A stretch of 64,000 bases of DNA. Origin: Heptranchias perlo. Its lineage: Eukaryota. A program made the position numbers and the translations under genes. Position 1 is the stretch's first letter, and the number at the start of each line of letters is the position of its first letter. Shown piece by piece: positions 1 through 11,980 of this stretch. The notes under the pieces are model-generated. The model searched no databases, was not told the DNA's origin, and was given only the letters and a program-made list of their open reading frames with translations. The DNA lies in assembly GCF_035084215.1 (NCBI RefSeq), contig NC_090331.1, positions 72,230,001-72,294,000 on the forward strand, read 5' to 3'.

Positions 1-356
1 ACTAAACTCACCACAGGAAGTTAAGTCAAGCCATTTCAGTCTAAGCACCCTTTCAACAACCTGCTAAGTGTTGATTACTGCCAATCAACCTCTCTGGCAT
101 GGAAAATTAATTATTACAAGTATGGAGCCTCAGGTTTTAATTGTTGATGGAAATTTTAAAAATTTTTAAATTTTAACTTTTTCCATTTTAAAAAATTTTC
201 CTTTCTATCTCTTTTTTCTCTCTCTCTTCGTCCAATCTTTCTTTCCCTCTCTTTATTTCTCTTTCTGTACCTGATTTGACATTGAATTCACCCACTCTAA
301 TTTACAATTCCTTCTCAGTCCTTGGAAATGCTCACTCCTTCAATCTGATTGGTTAA

Positions 357-720
357 GGGGGCTTGACAGGGTAGGTGCTGAGAGGTTGTTTCCCATGGCT
401 GGAGAGTTTAGAACTAGATGGTATAGTCTCAGGATAAGGGGTCGGCCATTTAGGACTGAGATGAGGAGAGATTTCTTCACTCAGGGGGTTGTGAACATTT
501 GGAATTCTCTACCCCAGAGGGCTGTGGATGCTGAGTCATTGAGTATTTTCAAGGCTGAGATGGATAGATTTTTGGACACTAAGGGAATGAAGGGATACGG
601 AGACTGGGCGGGAAAGTGAAGTTGAGGTTGAAGATGAGCCATGATCTTATTGAATGGCGGAGCAGGCTCGAGCAGCCGTATGGCCTACTGCTTCTATTTC
701 TTATGTTCTTATATTCTTAC
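357..720 (+). mobile_element. CR1 LINE 3' fragment specific to unit 1
   Basis: FFTQGVVNIWNSLP ORF2 C-terminus and TTCTTAT-type tail; absent from the paralogous sites (~15940, ~32730). Confidence 0.9.
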
Positions 721-841
721 TCAGGTTCCAGATGCCCGGTTTCCTTCGCTGTGACGTTACCAACTTGTACTTTCACCAACTTGCCATGCAAAAAATTTAA
801 AAACCTAATCGTGCAAGGGCTAGTCTAACTAACGTCAGATG

Positions 842-967
842 TGGAGATGCCGGTGATGGACTGGGGTTGACAATTGTAAACAGCTTTACAACACCAAGTT
901 ATAGTCCAACAATTTTATTTTTAATCCCACAAGCTTTCGGGGGCTTTCCCCCTCCTCAGGCGGTGTG
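842..967 (-). mobile_element. Short Penelope-like terminal fragment with 13-bp TSD
   Basis: CTAACGTCAGATG at 829-841 and 968-980; absent in units 2 and 3; homologous to 39040-39206. Confidence 0.75.
927..963 (-). ncRNA. Minimal type I hammerhead ribozyme motif
   Basis: Minus strand CCGC-CUGAGGA-GGGGG AAAG CCCCC-GAAA-GC-UU-GUGG: conserved core, 5-bp stem II, palindromic AAGCUU in place of stem III, 4-bp stem I. Confidence 0.72.
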
Positions 968-1194
968 CTAACGTCAGATGCTGTTGGATGCCCTGCTACA
1001 GAAAAATCTGGGCCATGGAAGAAAATAAAGGTGAAAGGAAAAAAATGGAGATTTTGTTTAAACAACAAAGAAAACATATTGGAAGGAAAGCACAGAGCTG
1101 ATATCATGATCCAAGGTGGTGAAACTGAACTCCATTCCCAGTGGTTAAGAACTGAGACATAAATAAGTGAAGTAACATTATTTTATGACTATTA

Positions 1195-1465
1195 AAGAAA
1201 AAGAAAGGTCTTGCATTCTTATTGTGCTTCATCATATCTGACAAACATCTCAAAGTGCATCATATTTAATTAATTACTTTTGAAGTGCAATCTCCATTAT
1301 TATGTATGCAAACATGGTAAATATTTTACACACAGCAAGGTCCCACAGGCACCAATGAGATGAATGATTAGATAATCTGTTTCTTTGATCATTTGATTGA
1401 GGGAAAAATGTTGTCCATTTGGCGAGTTCCATGTCTTCTTCGAATAGTGCCATGGGATCTCTTAT
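1195..1465 (-). mobile_element. Decayed DeuSINE-like element in the crystallin 3' flank (copies at ~16323-16590 and ~33111-33380)
   Basis: Reverse complement aligns with SINEs at 44320-44650 and 53514-53910 (AGATCCCATGGCACTATTCGAAGAAG, TGTGGGACCTTGCTGTG, TGCAAG tail). Confidence 0.7.
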
Positions 1466-1717
1466 ATCAAATGTTGCTGCATTACTGATTAAACCAGAGT
1501 GTATGTTCTACTTGCATATCAATGAAAGCCCCATTCATAGTTGTATCTTAATGTCAGCATTTGTTTCTAATTAGATAGTGGTTTATTAATTAAGGTTCCT
1601 AATATAACAATTGGCATGACAATCCAGAAAAAGAAAGAAACTAATCAAAATAATCAAGTGAAAGGGATTTTATTTATGTTCACAATTCTATCCGCTTGAC
1701 TAAATCATATATTTAAT

Positions 1718-3363
1718 CTAGAAGTCCCTCATGCGCCTGAAAGATCCGATAGTTGAGTTGGCGGCACCCCAGTCACTGAATCTCCTGTATTCACCGGGTC
1801 TCATGAAGTACTGTCGGCCTCTGTAGTTGGGATGTTCATAGAAGGTCCAGTAACCGTCCATCACATGGCAGGAGTGAATGTCACGGTAGCGGAAACGATC
1901 GTAGACAGATGGACAGTCATCCATGAATTCCATCATCTGTCCTCCAAAGTCAGGCCTCTCGTAAATCCTCATTTTGTAGGTGCCTCCCCTGTACTGTAAT
2001 ATAAAATGTATAACAGTAATGATGTAGTAGCAAATATATGTGTGAGATGTTGTGAAGAATGTTCCAAAGCTGAAGCATATTAGAGCAAGAAACATGAAAT
2101 ATTGTACATAAGTCTATCAGCAAAGGTAGAAGTTAAAAGGATTTGGAAAAGGATTATTGACCATTCACTGAAAATATCCCGTTGGTGTAAAAAAGTCTTA
2201 AGTAACGTTGCTGATTATTTACTAAGACAAATCTCGAGGGCATTTGAATATATTATATATCACAAGTTATTCTAACCTTGTATAGATCATTAGTGAAATT
2301 ACATCTGGATTGTTACTGGCAGTTCTGGGCACCCATCTGCCAAAAGGGCACTGCTGCACTGGAGACTGTGTTGCTGCTCCAACACTCACTGCCTAGGCCG
2401 ACATCTAAAGAATATCTCTTTAAGTGAAATATTGTAGACCTCCTGTACCTTAACTCCATTTACCCGTCTTTATCCCATATATCTTAATATCCTTGCCTTA
2501 AAAAATACCATCAAAATCTATCATTCTCAGTTTTGAATTTTTCTATTAATCTTACCCTCAATACCTTATTGGGGGAGAGAGTTCCAGATTTCTGCTACCC
2601 TTTGCATGAAAAAATGCTTTCTGACATCATCCTGAACGGCCGAGCTCCAATTTTAAGGTTATGCCCCCTTGTTCTGGATTCCCACACCAGAGGAAATAGT
2701 TTCTCGCTATCTACCCTATGAAATCCTTTAATCATCTTAAACACATCAATTGGATTACCCATTAATCTTCTGTACTCAATGAAATACAAGACTTGTCGAT
2801 GCATCATATTATCATAATTTAACTCTTAATAAATTAACGACTCATTAGAAACTTGCCAGTAAAGTGCCAACACATTTTTAGTTCAATTTTTGTAAATCTT
2901 GCCGTGGAGTAATTGTTTGGCACTGTATTTCAATCTTTTTTCTATCATTTGAAATAGTAGAAAGCAGAAAAACATTTAAACTAAAATGTGGATTTGTCAC
3001 TAACTTACGTGTGGGTAGGTGCGACATGACCTGATGTTGTCATCGAATCCCATCCAGCGCTGGTAGTCAGGATATTCTCCCCTGCTCAGAACATACTGGT
3101 ATCCCATGTAATTGGGTCTCTCATACAGCACCCACCAGTCACTCTCAACACGGATGGAGTTACAGCGGCTGAAGTAAGAGGACAGGTCAGCACAGTCAGT
3201 ACTGCACTCATGGTGCCGACCCTGGAAGTTCCTGTCCTCGTAAAAGGTGATCTGTGGTAAAAACAATGACATGAATGAATCGATAATTTCCCAAATTTAA
3301 TGTATTTTATTAAGCATTATGAGCAAATGTGAAAAATATGAGAATTAACCTTACCTTTCCCAT
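1718..3363 (-). CDS. Gamma-crystallin gene 1 (shark gamma-S1-like), 175 aa; exons 3355-3363, 3009-3251, 1718-1993
   Basis: ATG GGA AAG|gtaag exon 1; 243-bp exon 2 ([12 protein letters not shown]...SCRTYPH) and 276-bp exon 3 ([18 protein letters not shown]...SFRRMRDF*); GT-AG phase-0 introns; four Greek-key motifs; AATAAA at 1669-1674 on minus strand. Confidence 0.96.
2440..2830 (-). mobile_element. CR1 3' fragment in intron 2, shared by genes 1-3 (also ~18310-18770, ~34365-34750)
   Basis: [16 protein letters not shown] motif in ORFs 2595-2807, 18452-18748, 34470-34814. Confidence 0.85.
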
Positions 3364-3419
3364 TTTGACCTTCACAGTTAGTCAAACAACCGCCTGGACA
3401 TAGCGCTGTTTCATACAGC

Positions 3420-3510
3420 TCGGTATTTATAAGCTGGACTGAAACTCCACTGTAGGGAATGCTTTTGTTATTCTAATGGTTTTAACAGCGTATATCAGCA
3501 AAAAAGCAAA
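3420..3510 (-). promoter_or_regulatory. Proximal promoter of crystallin gene 1: TATA box, Sox-like site, AT-rich Maf half-site
   Basis: TATAAA at 3426-3431 (minus); CTTTTGTT near 3462; TGCTTTTTTGCTGA at 3495-3508 (minus); same blocks recur upstream of genes 2-4. Confidence 0.7.
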
Positions 3511-4443
3511 TAAAAAAAAAACCTATAGGCACTGCAGACAAAATCCGCTTATTCAGGTTTATAGATGGGGCACTGATTCTTTTCATTCTGCTTTGATGCT
3601 GTTTTAATTATTCAATGAAAAAATTGAAAGGACTACAGTCCAAAGAGCCTTTATGCTGAGTCCGGTAAATGTATTGTGACTTCTTAAGTTTGCTCTTTTA
3701 CTAAGCTCCCAAGAATGAATCATTACTGTGTTCATGACTTCTTTTACCCAAATAATATATATTAAACTACATGTAATATTTATATATTACTATTTTACAA
3801 AGAGGATTCAACTAAAGCACTGAAAGTTTATTTCCCTGTGTGAGGCAGAGGTCTGATTGATTTTATTTGTCCTGGCAATGTAATCACCATTTTAAGAGAA
3901 GCTTTCTACATAATATTGCTAATCTTGTTAGGAAAAGCATTATATAGGCATTTCCTGTGAACAAGGCTTTCTGTTCTCTGTTATTAAGTATCAACAGATT
4001 TTTGGTCACCTTGTGCAGAGAGGCCCCCATGAGTAATGAGCATCCTGTGTCATTCCTATCTCATGTGCAGAAGATGGGTAAAGGGAGTTGGCCAGAGTTT
4101 AGTAAGAATACAGGATGCTTTGGGCAAATATAGTGTCTTTGGTAAATCGGAGACAACTAATCATATGGGAGGCAATGATGTCACATGTTGTGTGTCATCT
4201 GGAATATAAGGGAGTGAAGCACATGAGACAAAGAGGATGATTGACGGGAAGCCCCATAATTGCACACGGACACGTAGAACACTTTGTGTTAATAAATGTA
4301 TACAAGCGGAGAATTAATTTGTATTTGTTGGAAAGTTCTCGGACCGAGGCTGGACACACTCAAGTAATATCAAGGACCTTCGAGAGGGGCAACTCGGAAC
4401 TTTGTATGGTGATAAACGTTACCAGATTGTACTTGAACATCTT

Positions 4444-5528
4444 GGGCCTGATGTTAGCAGGGCTGTGGGTTCTCGGCGGGGGGGGTGCTATCCGGCGCGT
4501 GGGTAACGCGCCCAGTGAAATTAGTCAGCTTCCCGCGCGATCGTAGCATCCAATCCACTAATTGGATTCACTTACCTGCTCCTCCGGGTTCCCCACTGCT
4601 GATCTGCGCGTCGGGCGGGCTGCGCATGCGCAGTAAGGTCTGTCAGCTGGCGGAGCTCTATTTAAAGGGGCAGTCCTCCACTGACAGATGCTGCAACAAA
4701 AGCAAAAATTACAGCATGGAGCAGCCCAGGGGGAAGGCTGCTCCCAGTTTAATGATGCCTCACTCCAGGTATCAATACATGGGGTGAGGAGGAGGGGGAG
4801 GACAGAGATCTTCCTCCCGGCGTGTGGGAGGAAGTGGCCTGCCTCTGCCACCAGGAAGGCCTGGCTCGAGGTGGCAGAGGAGGTCACCAGCGCAACCAAC
4901 ATATCGCCCACCTGCATACAGTGCAGGAGGCGCTCCAATGACCTCAGTAGGTCAGCCAAAGTGAGTACACGTAGTCTTTCCCCTACACTCCGTCTGCCAC
5001 ATCACTGCCCCCACCCCACATCTCCTTCAGCACTGCCAACACTACTCTGTCACATCACCCCTCATACCCATTCAAACCTCATCCTCATCTTACCTGCACC
5101 TACTCACCTCGCCAGTACTCATCCCGCCACTACCACTCAACCCAATCCTCATACAATCTCATGGCTCTATCTCATACTCACCCTCTCGTGCATCTCTTTC
5201 ACGGCCAGCCTCACTCAACCTGCCACTACCTGTGCTGCAGCCACAGGGCATGCATCACATATGTGCAGTAGGCAGCGTAAGGCAAACGTGTCGTGAGCAT
5301 GAAGGGGATGCACAAGGGTGTTTGAGGGTTCGTCATGGTTGTTACTTATATTGAATTTCAGAACAACTCACATTACATATTATATTGGCACCACTACTGC
5401 CATGTCTTCGCGAATCCTGTCTGGTTTGTGCAATAATGCCCGCTCCTGAGGATTTCTATGAGGACCCACAACTGATGCCACCCATTGTGTCACTGCAGAG
5501 TGGGTGTAGGTGTATTTGCAGGGCTCTT
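4444..5528 (+). mobile_element. Truncated non-autonomous PIF/Harbinger element (copy A)
   Basis: Starts GGGCCTGATGTTAG after CTT; Myb/SANT-like exon (AWLEVAEEV...QCRRRSNDL, donor gtgagt 4961); cut by a CR1 tail; empty site at ~21260. Confidence 0.85.
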
Positions 5529-5697
5529 AGAGTTATAGAGTCATAGAGTTATACAGCACGGATAGAGGCCCTTCGGCCCATCGTGTCCGCGCCGGCCATC
5601 AAGCCCTGTCTAATCTAATCCCATATTCCAGCATTTGGTCCGTAGCCTTGTATGCTATGGCATTTCAAGTGCTCATCCAAATGCTTCTTGAATGTTG
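5529..5697 (-). mobile_element. CR1 3' UTR/tail fragment
   Basis: Minus strand GATGGGCCGAAGGGCCTCTATCCGTGCTGTATAACTCTATGACTCTAT, a CR1-type terminal hairpin plus 8-bp repeat tail. Confidence 0.8.
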
Positions 5698-5979
5698 TTT
5701 CTACTCTTGTATTTTAACATCTTTGCAACTTATTATAACTTCTTTAAAAAGCTATTATACTTTGGAACAAAACAACTTGGATTTGGAAGTGTGCCGGAGG
5801 ACTGGAGGGTTCCCAGTGTAACACCTCTGTTGAAAAGGAGATAAAGGGGCAAACCGAATAATTATAGACTAGTCGGCAAAACATAGTCAATGGTGGGTAA
5901 AGTTCCAGGAGCCATAATACAGGATAAAATTAATACTCGCTGAGAAAACCATGGATTGAACATTGAACACAGGCACCAT

Positions 5980-8030
5980 GGGCTCGATATTACCAGGCCT
6001 GCGGGTTTCCGGCGGGTTGGGTTTCGGGAGCGTGGTCAACACGCTCGGTGAAATTAGTGGGTTGCCCGCGCGATCGTAGCAGGCAACCCACTAATAGGAA
6101 TCAATTACCTGCTCCTCCGGGGTCCGCGCTGCTGGTCTGCGCGTCGGGCAGGCTGCGCATGCGCAGTACGATCTGTCAGCTGGAGGCGCTCTATTTAAAG
6201 GGGCAGTCCTCCACTGACAGATGCTGCAACCAATGGAACAAATTACAGCATGGAGCAGCCCAGGGGGAAGGCTGCTCCCAGTTTAATGATGCCTCACCCC
6301 AGGTATCATCAGATGGGGTGAGGAGGAGGGCGAAGACAGAGATCTTGCACCCGGCGGGCGGGAGGAAGCGGCCAGCCTCTGCCACCAAGAAGGCCTGGCT
6401 CGAGGTGGCAGAGGGGGCCACCTGCGCAACCAACATATCGCCCACCTGCATACAGTGCAGGAGGCGCTGCAATGACCTCAGTAGGTCAGCCACAGTGAGA
6501 ACACGAAGTCTTTCCCCTACACTCCATCTGCCACAACACTGCCCCAACCCCACATCTCCTTCGGCACCACCAACACTACTCTGTCACATCACCCCTCATA
6601 CCCACTCAAACCCCATCCTCATCTTACCTGCACCTACTCACCTCGCCAGTACTCATCCTGCCACTAACACGCGACCCAATCCTCATACAATCTCATGGCT
6701 CTATTCCATACTCACCCTCTCGTGCATCTCCCTCACGGCCAGCCTCACTCAACCTGCCACCACCTGTGCTGCAGCCACAGGGCATGCATCACATATGTGC
6801 AGTAGGTAGCGTAAGGCAAATGTTACGTGAGCATGAAGGGGGTGCACAAGGGTGTCTGAGGGTTTGCCATGGGTGTTACCTATATTGAATTTCAGAGCAA
6901 CAAACATCACACATTATATTGGCACCACCACTGCCATGTCTCCGCGAATCCTGTCTGTTGTGTCCAATAATGCCCGCTCCTGGGTATCACTATGAGGACC
7001 CACCACTGATGCCACCCATTGTGTTACTGCAGAGTAGGTGCAGGTGTATTTGCAGGGCTCTTCTGAGCAGACGACTGAGAGACATCCGAGGTGTAGCCGG
7101 CTGCACCCTGGAAGGATGCGGAGGAGAAGTTGTGGAGGGCAGTGGTGACTTTGACAGCGACAGGTAAGCAGTTGGTGCTGGGGCCAGCCAGGAGCCGCTC
7201 GGCATGAAAGAGCCTGCAGATCTCCACGACTACATGTCGAGCAAATCTGCGCCTCCGTGTGCACTGCTGCTCGGAGAGGTCCGGGGAGCTGCGCCTCGGT
7301 CTGTGGACCCTGTGGCGAGGGTAGTGCCCTCTGCGATGCGTCTCTCTCTGCGGTAGCCCTCCCTCCTGCTGTGCAGGTGGGCGTGCAACAACACCGTGTT
7401 GGGGGGCTCCACGTCTCTGCGGCGGACGGCGTGGACTGCGAGGCTGCTGGGGCTGGTCATGCTGTTCGTCCTCCGAGGGTGTCCACGCACCACCCATCTG
7501 GCAGGTGTTGGTCTGAGGGGTTGTGCAGGGTAGGCGGGTGGTTCCTCGGACTGGGGCTGCAGTTTCGTGTCGGTCTGTCCTCTGGCTTGGCGGGGGGTGG
7601 TGGAGGGCAGGGGTTGCCCTATGTGACGCGGTGGCCTCCTGCGTGGGTGAGGGCTCTCCCCCGTGGGGTGCACCTTGGCACCTGCCACAGGCTGCTGGCT
7701 GCAACACGCCTGGTTGGAGAGAGACTGTTTCCCCCAGTGTGTGAAACAGTCTGCGATGCAGGTGAAATCCCACACTTCCTCTTTTGACAGCTGATTCAGC
7801 TCATTAACTGACCTCAACAAGCAAGGTAAGTACTCTCAAGTGGAACCCCGCTGGCTTTAATTGCCTGCGGGATTCCCACCAGCGGGGGCCACGCACGCAG
7901 CCCCGCACGTCATCGGGGAACCCGGAAGTGGTCGGGATCGTGGCGCGATCCGGTCACGTGACCTCATATCGGGATTTTCGGGGCCCCCCCGCTGGAAACC
8001 CGCAGGAAACCTGACCCTAAAATCGAGCCC
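5980..8030 (+). mobile_element. Non-autonomous PIF/Harbinger element with both ends (copy B, 2051 bp)
   Basis: TIRs GGGCTCGATATT / AAAATCGAGCCC; 3-bp TSD CAT (5977-5979, 8031-8033); single CAT at the empty site ~22129; Myb-like exon on +, HARBI1-like N-terminus (LPVAVKVTTAL..FSSASFQ) on -. Confidence 0.92.
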
Positions 8031-8145
8031 CATGAATTTGTAAAAGGTAAGGCATGCTTGATAAATATAATAGTTCTTTGAGGAAATACCAGAGTGTATC
8101 AATAAGGTAAATGCAGTAGGTGTTGAGTCGGTAGATTGTCAAAAG

Positions 8146-10612
8146 TTTTTTTTATTTGTTCACGGGATGTGGGCGTCACTGGCGAGGCCGGCATTTATTG
8201 CCCATCCCTAATTGCCCTTGAGAAGGTGGTGGTGAGCCGCCTTCTTGAACCGCTGCAGTCCGTGTGGTGACGGTTCTCCCACAGTGCTGTTAGGAAGGGA
8301 GTTCCAGGATTTTGACCCAGCGACGATGAAGGAACGGCGATATATTTCCAAGTCGGGATGGTGTGTGACTTGGAGGGGAATGTGCAGGTGGTGTTTTTCC
8401 CATGTGCCTGCTGCTCTTGTCCTTCTAGGTGGTAGAGGTCGTGGGTTTGGGAGGTTCTGTCGAAGAAGCCTTGGTGAGTTGCTGCAGTGCATCCTGTGGA
8501 TGGTACACACTGCAGCCACAGTGCGCCGGTGGTGAAGGGAGTGAATGTTTAGGGTGGTGGATGGGGTACCAATCAAGCGGGCTGCTTTGTCCTGGATGGT
8601 GTTGAGCTTCTTGAGTGTTGTTGGAGCTGCACTCATCCAGGCAAGTGGAGAGTATTCAATCACACTCCTGACTTGTGCCTTGTAGATGGTGGAAAGGCTT
8701 TGGGGAGACAGGAGGTGAGTCACTCGCCGCAGAATACCCAGCCTCTGACCTGCTCTTGTAGCCACAGTATTTATGTGGCTGGTCCTGTTAAGTTTCTGGT
8801 CAATGGTGACCCCCAGGATATTGATGGTGGGGGATTCGGCGATGGTAATGCAGTTGAATGTCAAGGGGAGGTGGTTAGACTCTCTCTTGTTGGAGATGGT
8901 CATTGCCTGGCACTTGTCTGGTGCAAATGTTACTTGCCACTTATCAGCCCAAGCCTGGATGTTGTCCAGGTCTTGCTGCATGTGGGCACGGACCGCTTCA
9001 TTATTTGAGGGGTTGCGAATGGAACTGAACACTGTGCAATCATCAGCGAACATCCCCATTCCTGACCTTATAATGGAGGAAAGGTCATTGATGTAGCAGC
9101 TGAAGATGGTTGGGCCCAGGACACTGTCCTGAGGAACTCCTGCAGCAATGTCCTGGGGCTGAGATGTTTGGCCTCCAACAACCACTACCATCTTCCTTTT
9201 TGCTCAGTACGACTCCAGCCACTGGAGAGTTTTCCCCCTGATTCCCATTGACTTCAATTTTACTAGGGCTCCTTGGTGCCACACTCAGTCAAATGCTGCC
9301 TTGATGCCAAGGGCAGTCACTCTCACCTCACCTCTGGAATTCAGCTCTTTTGTCCATGTTTGGACCAAGGCTGTAATGAGGTCTGGAGCCGAGTGGTCCT
9401 GGCGGAACCCAAACTGAGCATCGGTGAGCAGGTTATTGGTGAGTAAGTGCCGCTTGATAGCATTATCGATGACACCTTCCATCACTTTGCTGATGATTGA
9501 GAGTAGACTGATGGGGCGGTATTTGGCCGGATTGGATTTGTCCTGCTTTTTGTGGACAGCACATACCTCTGCAACTTTCAACATTCTTGGGTCGATGCCA
9601 GTGTTGTAGCTGTACTGGAGCAGTTTGGCTAGAAGCGCGGCTAGTTCTGGAGCACAAGTCTTCAGCACTACAGCCGGGATGTTGTCGGGGCCCATAGCCT
9701 TTGCTGTATCCAGTGCACTCAGCCGTTTCTTGGTATCACGTGGAATGAATCAAATTGGCTGAAGACTGGCTTCTGTGATGGTGGGGATATCGGGAGGAGG
9801 CTGAGATGAATCATTTGCTCAGCACTTCTAGCTGAAGATGGTTGCAAATGCTTCAGCCTTGTCTTTTGCACTCACGTGCTGGACTCTGCCATCATTGAGG
9901 ATGGGGATGTTTGCAGAGCCTCCTCCTCCTGTTAGTTGTTTAATTGTCCACCACCATTCACGACTGGATGTGACAGGACTGCAGAGCTTTGATCTGATCC
10001 GTTGGTTGTGGAATCGCTTAGTTCTGTCGATCGCATGTTGCTTCCGCTGTTTAGCATGCATGTAGTCCTGAGTTGTAGCTTCACCAGGTTGGCACCTCAT
10101 TTTTACGTACGCCTGTGCTGCTCCTGGCATGCTCTTCTACACTCCTCATTGAACCAGGGTTGATCCCCTGGCTTGTTGGTAATGGTAGAGTGAGGAATAT
10201 GCCGGGCCATGAGGTTACAGATTGTGCTGGAATACAATTCTGCTGATGGTCCACAGCGCCTCACGGATGCCCAGTTTTGAGTTGCTAGATCTGTTCTGAA
10301 TCTATCCTATTTAGCACGGTGGTAGTGGCACACAATACTTTGGTGGTGTCCTCAGTGTGAAGACGGGACTTTGTCTCCACAAGGACTGTGCGGTGGTCAC
10401 TCCTACCAATACTGTCATGGACAGATGCACCTGCAACAGGTAGATTGGTGAGGACAAGGTCAAGTAGGTTTATCCCTCCTGTTGGTTCGCTCACCATCTG
10501 CCGCAAGCCCAGTCTGGCAGCTATGCCCTTCAGGACTCGGCCAGCTTGGTCAGTGGTGGAGCTACCGAGCCACTGTTGGTGATGGACGTTGAAGTCCCCC
10601 ACCCAGAGTACA
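8146..10612 (-). mobile_element. 5'-truncated LINE ORF2 (APE endonuclease remnant + RT), CR1-group but distinct from the other CR1s here
   Basis: GDFNVHH, YRPISLLS, GVPQDSVLGP, FADD motifs in ORFs 8208-10641; poly(A)-type 3' end at ~8146-8156; empty site at ~22245. Confidence 0.9.
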
Positions 10613-11539
10613 TACAGATTACATGCAACAACGTACCACATAGGAAGCTTGCTGAGGAAATGAAGGCAAACAGTGTTAAAGAGAATGTGGCAACATGAGC
10701 GGGAAATTGGTTAAACAACGGAAAACAGAGAGCAGTGGTTCATGGATAGACTGGAGGAGTGTAAACAGTGGTGTCCCCCAGGGTCAGTGTTGTGACCGTT
10801 GCTCTTTATATATGTATATACACGCACATTTTGGACTTGGGAATTGGGGCACAATATCAAAATTTGCAGACAATACAAAAATAAGGATCATGATAAATAG
10901 TGAGGAGGACTGTATACAACTTCAGAATGATGTAGACAAGTTAGTAGATTGGGCAGATTGATGTCAGGTAAAATTTAATGCAAAGAAATGTGAGTTTGAC
11001 ACGTTTTGGAGCATGTACGCTAAATGATAAAACGTTAAAAGGAGTCGAGGAGCAGAGAGACTCAGGGGCTCAGATGTACAAATTATTAAAAGTGGAAGGA
11101 AAAGTTTTTTAAAGCTGTTAAAAATAAAAACATATGGAAACTTAGTTTATAATAAGGAGCTTAGAGTACAAATCAAAGAGGTAGCACTAAGTGTATACAA
11201 GTCATTGATTAGAGTACAGTTAGATTATTGCATCCAGTTTTGGGCAGCTTGCTTTAAGAAGCATTTCAAGGCTATGGAGAAGTTGCAAAGCTTCACTAAG
11301 ATGAGTAGAGCCTAGAGGAAATGACGCTCATTTCATTAGAAAAAAGATATTTAGGAGGACCTCTGATTGTGCTGCTCAAAATGATGAGGAGTTTTGGTGA
11401 GGTAAATCAGTGAAAACTGTTTCCAGTGGTCAGCAAATTTCCAGAGGTCAGCAAACTGTTTCCAGTGGTCAGCAAGTTGTTCACAAGAGGGCATAAATTT
11501 AAGATAATTCCAACAGAATGAAAGGGAAGATTACGATAT

Positions 11540-11980
11540 CCTCGCTCGGACGCATGATTTGGAAAACAAAAAAATAGGGAGTGTGTTTAGATGGCTGGGG
11601 GAAGATGGGAGGAAGCCAACAAAAACTCTGGTGGGTAAAACAAAGAAATATATCCAGGAGAAAATAGGAACTTGTGTTTTATTAGTTCAAATCTGTCAGA
11701 CTTTGTGTGAGGTGGAGACTAAAATGAAGAAACTAGTAAAGGAGAAGCAAATTAAAGTGGATGATTGGAAAGCAGGAATCTTGTTATTTCAATTACAAGA
11801 GTTCGGGAGGTTGAGAGAGGAAGTTGAAATTCTGAAGGGTAGGTTGATAGATGAGGAAGAAAAGAAGAACAAAAGGAAAGATGGAGGGACCGGAGGGAGG
11901 ACACGGACTGTGAGTTGAAGTTTGAATATGTCCAGAATGAGATTAAGTAGCAAATATCAGAAATTGAAAATTGATTTAAG
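11540..11980 (+). mobile_element. Possible gag-like relic of an LTR retroelement (paralog at ~23040-23470)
   Basis: Charged coiled-coil ORF 11559-11918; in unit 2 it lies upstream of an integrase relic. Confidence 0.4.

Larger units (their letters stand above)
5790..11530 (+). mobile_element. Old decayed CR1 ORF2 hosting younger insertions (paralogous at ~21940-23030 and ~36200-37240)
   Basis: RT motifs SGVPQG and SKFADNTK in ORFs 10695-10961, 22229-22636, 36500-36817. Confidence 0.8.

Noticed and set aside
1994-2095. Hydrophobic signal-peptide-like N-termini on crystallin ORFs (also 17130-17201, 33918-34019, 54759-54950)
   Set aside because: These are intron sequence read through upstream of the exon 3 splice acceptor
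4961-5296. Long Pro/His/Thr-rich extensions of the 202, 253 and 167 aa ORFs
   Set aside because: They follow the splice donor position of the Myb exon and are C/A-rich intron read-through
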